From the IMG/VR virus record IMGVR_UViG_3300027503_000002: a DNA stretch of 64,000 nt, one strand, 5' to 3'. The notes below the pieces were generated by a model, which worked only from the letters and a program-made list of their open reading frames with translations, had not been told where the DNA came from and did no database searches. Positions 1 through 8,164 of the stretch are shown piece by piece (position 1 is the stretch's first letter; the number at the start of each line of letters is the position of its first letter). The position numbers and the translations under genes are program-made. Source of the stretch: a virus.

Positions 1-23
1 GACGCCGCACGAAAGGAGCAGCC

Positions 24-362
24 GTGAGCGACACACCTAAAACCGACGCTAAAGCACAATTTTTCGGATTCAATCCAGACGAGGGCGAAGAATTCGTGCA
101 GGCTGATTTTGCCCGCGAACTGGAGCGCGAGAACGCTGCGCTGCGGCAAGCCTTGGAAGATATGCCGACTTGCAGGTGCGGCTTGAGTACCGACGAGCAA
201 TGTGCCTTGTCGGTCCAGAACGCCACACTGCGGACCGCAGCTGTCGAGGTATGCGCGCTTGCGCGCGTTTGGGTAACTGTTTGGGGAGACAAGCTCTCAC
301 CCGACACCGTAGCAAATTTTGCGGAGTTGGAAAAACAAATCTTAAAAAAGGCACAGCCGTGA
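24..362 (+). CDS. hypothetical phage protein
   Basis: 112-aa ORF with GTG start; its stop overlaps the next GTG start (GTGA coupling at 359-362). Confidence 0.6.
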   Translation: MSDTPKTDAKAQFFGFNPDEGEEFVQADFARELERENAALRQALEDMPTCRCGLSTDEQCALSVQNATLRTAAVEVCALARVWVTVWGDKLSPDTVANFAELEKQILKKAQP

Positions 363-706
363 GCAAGTCAAAACAATACTTCTGTTTCCTCCAATACTTC
401 GCCACAGGCGAGGGACTGACTGAAAATATGGCTTTTGTCGATGCCAAATCAGAAAAAGAAGCTATCAAAATCTTTTGCAGGGACTATGTTTTAAGCAAAA
501 ACACTTGCACTTTGGAGGAAGAGGTATCTTTTTTCTCTGATGTAGTTTGCATCTACGATCTAAGCAAAAAGGAAAGCCGCGCCAACGCTCAAGAAATTTT
601 AAATAATTTTTTTCGTCCCGAAGTCACTAGAAGCATCTTGAAGGCGAGGATGAAGAAAAACGCGATATTCGACTTCAACTTCCGATTCTATGCGAATTAC
701 AGCTAA
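359..706 (+). CDS. hypothetical protein
   Basis: In-frame GTG at 359 overlapping the upstream stop is a more plausible start than 170. Confidence 0.55.
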   Translation: MSKSKQYFCFLQYFATGEGLTENMAFVDAKSEKEAIKIFCRDYVLSKNTCTLEEEVSFFSDVVCIYDLSKKESRANAQEILNNFFRPEVTRSILKARMKKNAIFDFNFRFYANYS

Positions 707-710
707 ACCT

Positions 711-929
711 ATGAAAGTCACCGTCACATTTAAACTGCCCGAGGACAAATGGGACTACAACTGCTTCAAAGCTTCCGCTGAGATGTCGAGCGTCATCTTG
801 GACTTGGACAGTCTTCTTCGCTCTGTTTCCAAGCACGGTCATAACATCACATCAGTTACCGAGTTCGCCCACTTTATCCGGTCAGAGTACCTCTCTGAGG
901 TTGTAAGCGATCTTCACAAAGAGAGTTAA
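711..929 (+). CDS. hypothetical protein
   Basis: ATG at 711 just after the upstream stop; MKVTVTFKLPED... Confidence 0.6.
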   Translation: MKVTVTFKLPEDKWDYNCFKASAEMSSVILDLDSLLRSVSKHGHNITSVTEFAHFIRSEYLSEVVSDLHKES

Positions 930-940
930 AATTAATTAAA

Positions 941-1183
941 ATGGGCTGCGATAAATATTACCTCCAAGGGTTCAATTACCCAATTATGGTAAGCGAAGGG
1001 CAAGATGAGATCAGTTGCCTTTGCACCTTCCCAGATAGCGGGGTATGCAAAGAACGGCTTCGTTCCTTGGCTTATCTTGGCGCAGCAGTCGTTCTGATGT
1101 CCCGTGACCAGCTACCGCACGGGTTTTTGCCTGCTTGCTTGCCCGAAGATGTCAGGAAGGAGATTGACCAACATTTCGTTTAA
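941..1183 (+). CDS. hypothetical protein
   Basis: 80-aa ORF in a tightly packed + strand run. Confidence 0.5.
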   Translation: MGCDKYYLQGFNYPIMVSEGQDEISCLCTFPDSGVCKERLRSLAYLGAAVVLMSRDQLPHGFLPACLPEDVRKEIDQHFV

Positions 1184-1211
1184 AACAAAGATTTTAAGGC
1201 TACTATAAGAT

Positions 1212-1748
1212 ATGAATCCCGACGTTAATTATAAATCTTACGTGAACGAGACAGGCTTGTTCATCGATAACTGGCAGAATCCAGAAACAGTTTCTGCTTA
1301 CGATGACGTAATGAAGTTCTCCAACTGCACAGATGTTACCGTATCTGGGGTGCTGATTATGGGCGGCAGAGAGGACTGTATTGACGCCGTAAGAGGGTCG
1401 AACTACTTCTTCACCGACCTTTCGCTTGTTCCCTTGTGGAATGGAGTAACGATTAAAGGTAGCATAGAGAACGCTACATTCAAGAATATCTCATTTGAGA
1501 CTACGGGTAAGGACTACTGCATTGAACTGGGTCAATTCGATAACTATTGGACTCCAGGGCGCAAGCCTACCCGTGGAGTTAAACTCGAAAACGTACACAG
1601 TGTTTCGGGGGCCAAAGTGACCGTAAGGGTCTGGGACGCTGAAATGCCAACCATTATCAACTCTCCTAGCGTTGTCGTTAAGAAGATTCCAAAGTTCATT
1701 TGGTATCCTTACTTTTTGTTCAGACGCTGGCAAATTAAAAAGAATTAA
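1212..1748 (+). CDS. right-handed beta-helix (pectate-lyase-like) protein
   Basis: Repeating beta-helix-like pattern (SNCTDVTVSGVLIMGGREDCIDAVRGSN; GVTIKGSIENATFKNISF). Confidence 0.5.
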   Translation: MNPDVNYKSYVNETGLFIDNWQNPETVSAYDDVMKFSNCTDVTVSGVLIMGGREDCIDAVRGSNYFFTDLSLVPLWNGVTIKGSIENATFKNISFETTGKDYCIELGQFDNYWTPGRKPTRGVKLENVHSVSGAKVTVRVWDAEMPTIINSPSVVVKKIPKFIWYPYFLFRRWQIKKN

Positions 1749-1753
1749 AATTT

Positions 1754-1921
1754 ATGGCACAAGAAACAATGACACCAGAGATAGCTTTGGGCAATCTGAT
1801 TACAGTTTACAAGCAAAGTCGCTTAACGCCCGAAGAACACGACATTATGAAGGCGAGCATCCAAACGCTCATTGACCTCATCCAGAAGGACAAGGAAGGA
1901 AAAGCGCCCAAAAAAGGGTAA
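1754..1921 (+). CDS. small hypothetical protein (55 aa, not in ORF track)
   Basis: Read by hand: ATG 1754, MAQETMTPEIALGNLITVYKQ...KAPKKG, TAA ending 1921. Confidence 0.55.
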   Translation: MAQETMTPEIALGNLITVYKQSRLTPEEHDIMKASIQTLIDLIQKDKEGKAPKKG

Positions 1922-2058
1922 TTCAGTAAGGTTTTTAACAACAAATTGCTGTAATTAGTCTTGACGAGAGCGCCGAGTTTGTTCCAAATGAGACAGATTC
2001 GGCGCTTTCTATTAAATTACAGGCTTTTTTCGAATTAAAAATCAAAAAGGGGGAGAAG

Positions 2059-2349
2059 ATGACAGAAAATACACCAATTCCAGCAGCAATCGGGGTGCTT
2101 TTAGCGGGCGTTTTCCTTGGAGTTTTGGGGTCAAAAATCTACAGAAAATGGCGCAAGAAAAAACAGCACGAACAAGAGGTTTTTCATCAGGCACATTTGG
2201 ATGAAATTGAGGCCAAAAAACTACACGATAAATTGGTCGATTCTAGAGTAGAAATCGGCCTAAAACCACCCAAGGCTTTCAAGACAAAACGGAAGCCCCA
2301 AGACACCAAGATTCTCGGCAAAAAAAGCCTCAAGAAAAACCTTGACTAA
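2059..2349 (+). CDS. membrane-anchored basic protein
   Basis: N-terminal hydrophobic helix (AAIGVLLAGVFLGVLG) followed by a Lys/Arg-rich tail; GGAG upstream. Confidence 0.6.
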   Translation: MTENTPIPAAIGVLLAGVFLGVLGSKIYRKWRKKKQHEQEVFHQAHLDEIEAKKLHDKLVDSRVEIGLKPPKAFKTKRKPQDTKILGKKSLKKNLD

Positions 2350-2561
2350 ACCATCCCACTCCCACATAAGTGGGATGATAACGTAACACCCTATAACCAC
2401 TATACCAGTAACATAGATAATGAATACAGATAAGTATAGAGAATATAGAGAAAAGAGAGAGGTTAATGGGAATTATAAATGGGAAATGGGGAATTTTACC
2501 CATCACGGCTCTATTTTTTATTAATTTTAATTCAATTTGGAATTTTAATTCGCCCTTTTCT

Positions 2562-2810
2562 ATGCGTTATCACCTATTCACAGCTATTAGGTATCTCATT
2601 ACGACAGTTTTGTTCATCCTAGTAGGGGTTCCTGTATCAATTTTGTTTTCCCTTGTCGGAGGCGTGCTCTGCACCGCGAGCCTGTTCGTGGACTTGAACA
2701 ACACGTTCCTAACCAACGTGTTAGGTAAGCTGACGGAGTTCCAGAACAGCTATTTCCTGCACAAAAACATCAGATCGGTAATGGAAAAAATGAACTCCGG
2801 GCAGGGGTAA
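2562..2810 (+). CDS. small membrane protein
   Basis: In-frame ATG at 2562; long hydrophobic segment. Confidence 0.5.
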   Translation: MRYHLFTAIRYLITTVLFILVGVPVSILFSLVGGVLCTASLFVDLNNTFLTNVLGKLTEFQNSYFLHKNIRSVMEKMNSGQG

Positions 2811-2821
2811 AATACAACTTT

Positions 2822-3247
2822 ATGTACGAATACATTATCAAGTTAAACAGAGTAATTGATGGCGACACTATCGTAGCTGATATCGACCTTGGCTTCGATG
2901 TGTGGCTAAAAGATCAGTATATTCGCCTATATGGAGTTGACACACCAGAACTGAAGAGTAAAGATAAGGCCCACCGAGCAGCCGGGCTGCTAGCTAAGAC
3001 CAAGCTCACTGAGTTTCTCTCTTCTGCTCAAGGGCTCTCAATCAAGAGCGAGAATTTTGAACCAGAGGACGACAAATATGGGAGGATCTTAGGCACAATA
3101 ATCACTGACAGGGGCGAAAACGTGAATCACTATCTCCTAAATAACAAGTACGGTGTCGAGTACAGTGGGCAAAATAAAGGAGAAATAATGAAGGCTCACG
3201 CTGCAAATATAGAGTTCTTAACAACGAACGGGCTACTTCAATTATGA
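2822..3247 (+). CDS. thermonuclease (SNase-like) family nuclease
   Basis: RVIDGDT, IRLYGVDTPE and DKYGRILG motifs characteristic of the staphylococcal nuclease fold. Confidence 0.85.
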   Translation: MYEYIIKLNRVIDGDTIVADIDLGFDVWLKDQYIRLYGVDTPELKSKDKAHRAAGLLAKTKLTEFLSSAQGLSIKSENFEPEDDKYGRILGTIITDRGENVNHYLLNNKYGVEYSGQNKGEIMKAHAANIEFLTTNGLLQL

Positions 3248-3759
3248 ATGTAAAAGCCCTAAATATAGCTCTTTGTTTACTGTTGGCAGGATGCTCCTCC
3301 TTCTATAAGGATAAGAACGGAGAAAATATTAATAAAAATGCGCCGATCTTTGTAAGCCCAAAGACGAACGCGATTCCCGCTAATAAGCCAGCTGAACCCA
3401 AAGTTGAATACAAGGGCGAGAAATATATCTTGGTCAAAGAGACCGATTTAAATTTATTATTAAATCGAAAGGTGAGCGAGCCAGCGCCAAATAAGGGTGC
3501 GGTTGCGGCGCCCGCCGCCACTGGGGAAAATTCCCCACCCCTCGCCAAAATTGGGGAAAATTCCCCACCCACCCAATCGAAGCCAGAAATCCTTTCGGTC
3601 CCTGTCATCCGCTTGGAGCCAACTGAAGAGAAAAAGCCTTCCGCTTCCAGCAGCTGGCCGCTCTTCTTTTTGGTTGTGATTGGAGTAGCGGCGCTCTTCG
3701 CTACCGCTTGGTATTATCTGTACTATAGGCCACACAATCCTCCCCGCCCCACGAATTAA
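3244..3759 (+). CDS. lipoprotein with C-terminal TM helix (u-spanin-like topology)
   Basis: Lipobox LLAG-C, Pro/Ala-rich middle, C-terminal hydrophobic helix WPLFFLVVIGVAALFATAW. Confidence 0.55.
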   Translation: MNVKALNIALCLLLAGCSSFYKDKNGENINKNAPIFVSPKTNAIPANKPAEPKVEYKGEKYILVKETDLNLLLNRKVSEPAPNKGAVAAPAATGENSPPLAKIGENSPPTQSKPEILSVPVIRLEPTEEKKPSASSSWPLFFLVVIGVAALFATAWYYLYYRPHNPPRPTN

Positions 3760-3841
3760 AATTAATTAAAAATGGGGAGTTGGCATAAGAATTGTCCGCC
3801 CACCCCCCCGTTTTTTTTTGAAAAAAAGTGCGCGAGATGGC

Positions 3842-3869
3842 TTGACGGCGGGCGAATCTGTGGTAGAGT
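3842..3869 (+). promoter_or_regulatory. sigma70-type early promoter, probably leaderless transcript
   Basis: TTGACG-16 nt-TAGAGT with TGTG before the -10, upstream A/T tracts, ATG 8 nt after the -10. Confidence 0.65.
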
Positions 3870-3877
3870 GATCGCGT

Positions 3878-4117
3878 ATGAATAACACCACCTCAATCAA
3901 ACGCGGTCGTGGGCGCCCTGTTGGCTCCACCTCCTTTGTCAACGTCAGCCTCGCTGACCTCGATCAGTTCATCGGCACCAAGAGCGCGATCCCTGTCTCG
4001 CGCGTCTGGCTCCAGAAGATGAACCTCACGGTCCAGCCGATCACCCGCTCGATCAACGAGGCCAGCGACACCACCGACACCACCCCCAAGGTGGAGTTCA
4101 AGATCACCAAGCTCTAA
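3878..4117 (+). CDS. AT-hook-containing small DNA-binding protein
   Basis: N-terminal KRGRGRP AT-hook motif. Confidence 0.6.
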   Translation: MNNTTSIKRGRGRPVGSTSFVNVSLADLDQFIGTKSAIPVSRVWLQKMNLTVQPITRSINEASDTTDTTPKVEFKITKL

Positions 4118-4132
4118 TTGGAGACTAATCAA

Positions 4133-5062
4133 ATGTCCCGTTTTGCTGAACTAGTTGGTCAGGCGGATGTCAAGAAGAAGCTCGACTTCTATCTCGACGC
4201 CCACGAAAAGAGCCGCAAGTTCCCGTTCCTTCTCCTCACCGGAGCCAAGGGTATGGGCAAGACCGAGTTCGCCAAGGAGACTGCCCGTGGCCTCAAGGCT
4301 GCGGACGGCGCGCCCAAGGCTTTCCTCGAAATCAACTGCGGCACGATCAAGAATGCTCAAGTGTTCTTTGAACAGGTGTTTGCTCCAGTGATCCAAGGCA
4401 ACGAGATCACTGTTCTCTTGGATGAGTGTCACGCTCTCCCCAAGGACTTGATGACTGTTCTGCTTTCTGCGTTCAATACGGAGAAGACGGAGATCAAGCA
4501 AGTTACTTGGCGCGAGGGTATGTACGAGTTCAACTTCAAGAAGCAGACGTTTATGCTCGCTACCACCGAGCCTGATCGCCTGTTTGCCCCCTTGAAGGAT
4601 CGCCTGACTCATATCGATTTCCAGACCTATTCCGTGTCGGATGTCGCGAAGATTATCCAAAAGATTCTTCCTGATGTTTCGTTCAAGGGCGAGGCTCTGG
4701 ACCGCATCGCGACCACTGTCCGTGGCAACGCTCGCTCCTCCGTCCAGCGTGCGAAGCAGATCGAGATGTACTGTGAGACCAAGGCTAAAAAGGATTTCGG
4801 TTGCAAGGAGTGGGACGACCTTTGCAGCAAGATCGGCATCAACCCCTCTGGTCTTAACAACACCGAAATTCAGATTCTCCGTGCGTTGAAGGATCGTGGC
4901 GACTGCTCCCTGAATATGCTGTCAGCTATTACGGGAATGAGCCGCTCGTCCCTTCAGCGTGATTCCGAGGTCTTCCTGCTCCAGAAGGGGTTTATGAAGA
5001 TCGAGGGTCAGCGCAAGCTCACGGTGGCAGGCGCGAAGGTGTTAGAGCAAGTCAAGGCTTAA
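4133..5062 (+). CDS. ruvB: RuvB-like AAA+ ATPase (Holliday junction branch-migration helicase family)
   Basis: FAELVGQ N-terminus, Walker A GAKGMGKT, Walker B LLDECH, ATT..APLKDR sensor/Arg finger, C-terminal winged-helix-like segment; ATG at 4133. Confidence 0.8.
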   Translation: MSRFAELVGQADVKKKLDFYLDAHEKSRKFPFLLLTGAKGMGKTEFAKETARGLKAADGAPKAFLEINCGTIKNAQVFFEQVFAPVIQGNEITVLLDECHALPKDLMTVLLSAFNTEKTEIKQVTWREGMYEFNFKKQTFMLATTEPDRLFAPLKDRLTHIDFQTYSVSDVAKIIQKILPDVSFKGEALDRIATTVRGNARSSVQRAKQIEMYCETKAKKDFGCKEWDDLCSKIGINPSGLNNTEIQILRALKDRGDCSLNMLSAITGMSRSSLQRDSEVFLLQKGFMKIEGQRKLTVAGAKVLEQVKA

Positions 5063-5310
5063 CTTCATACCGAGACTGGGCAACCGTGCGTGAGTGGTGG
5101 CCCAACAATTTTCCCAGTCAAGTTAGAACAGCATTCCGCTGAGCCCACAAACAAAACAAAATAGTTAGTAATCAACAGTGGTGGCCCTACGCAAAACACA
5201 GGCACGGGTAAAGCCTTAACTTGACTGGGTTCCTTTTAAATAATAACGAAAGAGAAAGCAAATAATAACAAATAAGTGCGAAATAAATAAAAGCAAGCTC
5301 ACAAGTGGGA

Positions 5311-5363
5311 TACGTAGTTCTACGTAGCCGGGCCAGGCCCGGTTGTAAAAAAAATGTAAAAAA
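5311..5363 (+). repeat. conserved intergenic palindromic element, copy 1
   Basis: TACGTAG-TT-CTACGTA + CCGGGCC-A-GGCCCGG (5328-5342) + TTGTAAAAAAAATGTAAAAAA. Confidence 0.95.
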
Positions 5364-5422
5364 TGGTTTTCGTGCAAGATTGTTCTCGCGCAGCCACCCC
5401 TCTTCTGATCTACTTCTGGCGT

Positions 5423-5641
5423 ATGAAACTAAAGCGCGTTTGCCAGTTCAACGGGAGGGTCTACGAGATGGACTTCCCCAATATGACCGCGTCGCAGTAT
5501 TACGACGCCCGTGAGAAGTGGAAGGGTGGCCTGCTGATTCAGCAGGCGTTTCCCTTCTTGACCGCCGATGAGCGGGAGTTCATTATGACCGGAACGCCCC
5601 CGCACGTTTGGAAAGAGATCTTCGCGCAGCACGACCTATGA
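5423..5641 (+). CDS. hypothetical early protein
   Basis: cgtATG start at 5423; LIQQAFPFLTADEREFIMTG-type small phage protein. Confidence 0.65.
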   Translation: MKLKRVCQFNGRVYEMDFPNMTASQYYDAREKWKGGLLIQQAFPFLTADEREFIMTGTPPHVWKEIFAQHDL

Positions 5642-5820
5642 AGCCGATGACCCAACCCACCTACGCTTACTTGCGCGGGTTTCTCGATGCTTACAACATT
5701 GGCGCCTATCAATTCGATGCGCGCCGAAGCGAGTTGACCAGCCCCAACGCTGGAAGCGATTACAAGGCTGGATACGATAAGGGAATGACCTTCTATGCGG
5801 ATGACAATAATTTAGATTAA
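5638..5820 (+). CDS. hypothetical protein
   Basis: ATGA overlap with upstream gene; YKAGYDKG motif. Confidence 0.55.
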   Translation: MKPMTQPTYAYLRGFLDAYNIGAYQFDARRSELTSPNAGSDYKAGYDKGMTFYADDNNLD

Positions 5821-5852
5821 AAAACTGGTGGGTGGGGTGTTTACCCCAGCCG

Positions 5853-5889
5853 CCCGGCCTGGCCCGGTTGTAAAAAAAATGTAAAAAAA
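5853..5889 (+). repeat. conserved intergenic palindromic element, copy 2
   Basis: CCCGGCCTGGCCCGG + TTGTAAAAAAAATGTAAAAAAA. Confidence 0.9.
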
Positions 5890-5910
5890 GCGCGAACCGA
5901 AGTCCGCGCT
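5883..5910 (-). terminator. intrinsic terminator for the minus-strand unit 6414-5919
   Basis: AGCGCG...CGCGCT hairpin; the A-tract of repeat copy 2 supplies the U-tract. Confidence 0.6.
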
Positions 5911-5918
5911 TGACTCTC

Positions 5919-6206
5919 TCAGATTTGCCCCAGAAGCACGCTTTCCACGTACTCCTTGCCTTGGGCGAGCGTCGCCTCTGGACAGATATCGCGCACAGCC
6001 TTGATCAGGGTGATCTTGTTGGCGATGGGGTGGCTCTCCCGCGCCTGCCTCTGCGCCTCATCCCAGAGGGTGGTGAGCGCCATCCGCACCTTGGCGCTGT
6101 TGAGATCGGCGCCCCTGTCAAAGCTGATTTCGATTTCGCTATTGCACACGCCCAGCTTGGCGGCGAAGTGGTTGACGATGTCCTCGCGGTCGATGATGAC
6201 TTTCAT
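5919..6206 (-). CDS. protein with ribosomal bL12 (L7/L12) C-terminal-like domain
   Basis: ATG at 6206 (MKVIIDRED); C-terminus NKITLIKAVRDICPEATLAQGKEYVE resembles the bL12 CTD pattern KI.VIK.VR.....L.EAK..VE. Confidence 0.55.
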   Translation of the reverse strand: MKVIIDREDIVNHFAAKLGVCNSEIEISFDRGADLNSAKVRMALTTLWDEAQRQARESHPIANKITLIKAVRDICPEATLAQGKEYVESVLLGQI

Positions 6207-6207
6207 A

Positions 6208-6414
6208 TTACAGGATGTTGTGGTTTTGCAGGAAGGTGACGTATTGGTCGAGCAGGGTTTTCTTGTTCTTGGTGCGCGACCCGATGAGGTAGCGGATTTG
6301 CGGGGCAACGCTCTTGCCCGAGGAGTGACGGAGCCCGAGGGTTTCGAGCTTGAGCGCGCCCTTGAGGGCGAGCAGGCGGTAAGCGAAGATCTTGTCAGGA
6401 GTGTCAGCAATCAT
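6208..6414 (-). CDS. hypothetical early protein
   Basis: ATG at 6414 (MIADTPDK..LKGALKLETLGL); upstream TTGCAG-16-CATTCT promoter at 6543-6516. Confidence 0.6.
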   Translation of the reverse strand: MIADTPDKIFAYRLLALKGALKLETLGLRHSSGKSVAPQIRYLIGSRTKNKKTLLDQYVTFLQNHNIL

Positions 6415-6597
6415 CTTTTTGTATGGGTTAGAATTGGAGCCGCGCTGCCTGCCTCCTATGTGGCGGGTGATTAGGGAGTCTTCACGGCTTCGGTTTCTCC
6501 CCGTCAGCAAGGGAGAGAATGGAGTTTGCTCTGCGCTCTGCAACACTTTTCTGCGGACATTTTTCGTGCCAAGCCCTCCCAAAAAGCGTGTCAATGG

Positions 6598-6654
6598 GTA
6601 GAACTACGTATTTTTTGCCCAGGCCAGGCCCGGCTGTAAAAAAATTGTAAAAAA
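6598..6654 (+). repeat. conserved intergenic palindromic element, copy 3
   Basis: GTAGAACTACGTA + CCAGGCCAGGCCCGG + CTGTAAAAAAATTGTAAAAAA; about 45 nt of the left flank also resembles the left flank of copy 8. Confidence 0.9.
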
Positions 6655-6754
6655 TCGCCCATCAGAAGAAAAGTCTCGCCAGCGCGCGCCGTTCGGGCAT
6701 TCTTCCGCGCTTTTTCGCCCCCCTCCCCCCCCTCAAAAAAAAGCAAAAAAAGGT

Positions 6755-6783
6755 TTGCACGCGCGGTCCCGAGCGCCCAACCT
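6755..6783 (+). promoter_or_regulatory. early promoter, leaderless
   Basis: A-tracts, TTGCAC-17-CAACCT, ATG 8 nt downstream. Confidence 0.55.
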
Positions 6784-6791
6784 CCTAGCGT

Positions 6792-7565
6792 ATGAACTCC
6801 ATCAACCTCCGCATCTGCGGCTCAGACAATTCCGAGGTCAGCGTCGCTGAACTCGCCGCCATCAAGTCGCCCGAGAAGACGGCGACCTATCAGCCCATCC
6901 CGCACTCTGATCTCGTTTCGATCTTCCGCGACAATATGCGCGCGGCGGATTTGACCATCAAGCAGGAACTGCACACGGTTTCCCGCTTCGGTCAGCGTTA
7001 CTTCGGCCTTTTCGAGATTGACCTCGGCAAGGCTGGCACCGCTGGCACCGTCGTCGGCTTGCGTAACTCGCACGACAAGAGCTTCCCCGCTGGCATCTGC
7101 GCGGGCAACGCTCCTTTCGTTTGCAGCAATCTCGTTTTCCACAACGAGGTTGTGTTCACCCGTCGCCATACGTCGAACGTGCTGCGCGACTTGCCCCAGA
7201 TTGTCGGGCGTGCGATTGGTGCCTTGTCCGATATGTGGACGAAGCACGAAACCCGCGTCTCGACCTATCAGGGGCGCGAGCTTTCCGATGAGGAGGCTGG
7301 CAATCTGATCCTGCGTAGCTATCGGGCCGGTGCAATCGGCAAGACGATGATCGCGGATGTTCTCGATCAATGGGAGAAGCCCGCGCACGAAGAGTTTGCC
7401 CCGCGCAACCTCTGGTCCCTGCACAACGCCTTCACCGAGGTGTACAAGGGGAACTTGCTTGCGCTCCCCAAGCGCAGCCAAGCCCTGCACTCCATCTTCG
7501 ATCCGTTCGCGGGTCTGAACCTCACGGTTGACATCAAGCCCGAGGTGGAGGTGGCGACGGTCTAA
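6792..7565 (+). CDS. DUF932-family protein
   Basis: YQPIPH, GLRNSHD, FVCSNL and RRHT motifs typical of DUF932 phage/plasmid proteins. Confidence 0.75.
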   Translation: MNSINLRICGSDNSEVSVAELAAIKSPEKTATYQPIPHSDLVSIFRDNMRAADLTIKQELHTVSRFGQRYFGLFEIDLGKAGTAGTVVGLRNSHDKSFPAGICAGNAPFVCSNLVFHNEVVFTRRHTSNVLRDLPQIVGRAIGALSDMWTKHETRVSTYQGRELSDEEAGNLILRSYRAGAIGKTMIADVLDQWEKPAHEEFAPRNLWSLHNAFTEVYKGNLLALPKRSQALHSIFDPFAGLNLTVDIKPEVEVATV

Positions 7566-7571
7566 GCTATC

Positions 7572-7598
7572 GGGGGCGGTGACAGCGCCCCCTTTTTT
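7572..7598 (+). terminator. intrinsic terminator
   Basis: GGGGGCG-loop-CGCCCCC followed by T6. Confidence 0.75.
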
Positions 7599-7665
7599 CC
7601 CCTTTGCTATATCAAATTTTGCTTATTGTTCTGCTATTGTTTATTTTGCTTAGAAAAAAATTGCG

Positions 7666-7959
7666 ATGAATATCCAATCTATCGACTTTCTGAACGAACG
7701 CCTGAAGGGTTCGGAACTTTATGTAAACAAGACGCCCGAGGAGGCTCAAGCTATGTTTGATCAGGAGGTGCAAGTTGTCACTCCGCGCATCAACGGCTGG
7801 CTGACGCGCAGCGAAAGGTGGAAAGTCGCCTTCTATGCTCAGAAGCTGCCGCGCCTTACTGAACGCAAGAATTGTTCCGTTCACCTTTACAACATCGCGG
7901 TGAAACTCAACATCTCACTCGCTACAGTAAACAACTATAGATACTATAGCGGCTGGTGA
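7666..7959 (+). CDS. hypothetical protein, possible C-terminal HTH
   Basis: LYNIAVKLNISLATVNNY helix-turn-helix-like end. Confidence 0.5.
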   Translation: MNIQSIDFLNERLKGSELYVNKTPEEAQAMFDQEVQVVTPRINGWLTRSERWKVAFYAQKLPRLTERKNCSVHLYNIAVKLNISLATVNNYRYYSGW

Positions 7960-8000
7960 TATAGCAAGTCCCGCCCACTAGGGGGAAACCCCTAGGGGGG

Positions 8001-8036
8001 CCGGGCCAGGCCCGGTTGTAAAAAATTTGTAAAAAA
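8001..8036 (+). repeat. conserved intergenic palindromic element, copy 4
   Basis: CCGGGCCAGGCCCGG + TTGTAAAAAATTTGTAAAAAA. Confidence 0.95.
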
Positions 8037-8164
8037 TCCCCCTCCCTCAGAAAAGCCTTGACGCCCCCGCCGCCCGCCGCGCCGCCGCCGTGTCAAGCAA
8101 AGAAATTGGGGCCATTGCATTTTTTTTGTTTATTTATCTCCGCGCGCGCCTATTCTTTCCCCGT

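Noticed and set aside
6480-6510. Hammerhead-like CTGACGG...GAAG in the leader of 6414(-)
   Set aside because: The core deviates from CUGANGA/GAAA and I could not build stems I and III.
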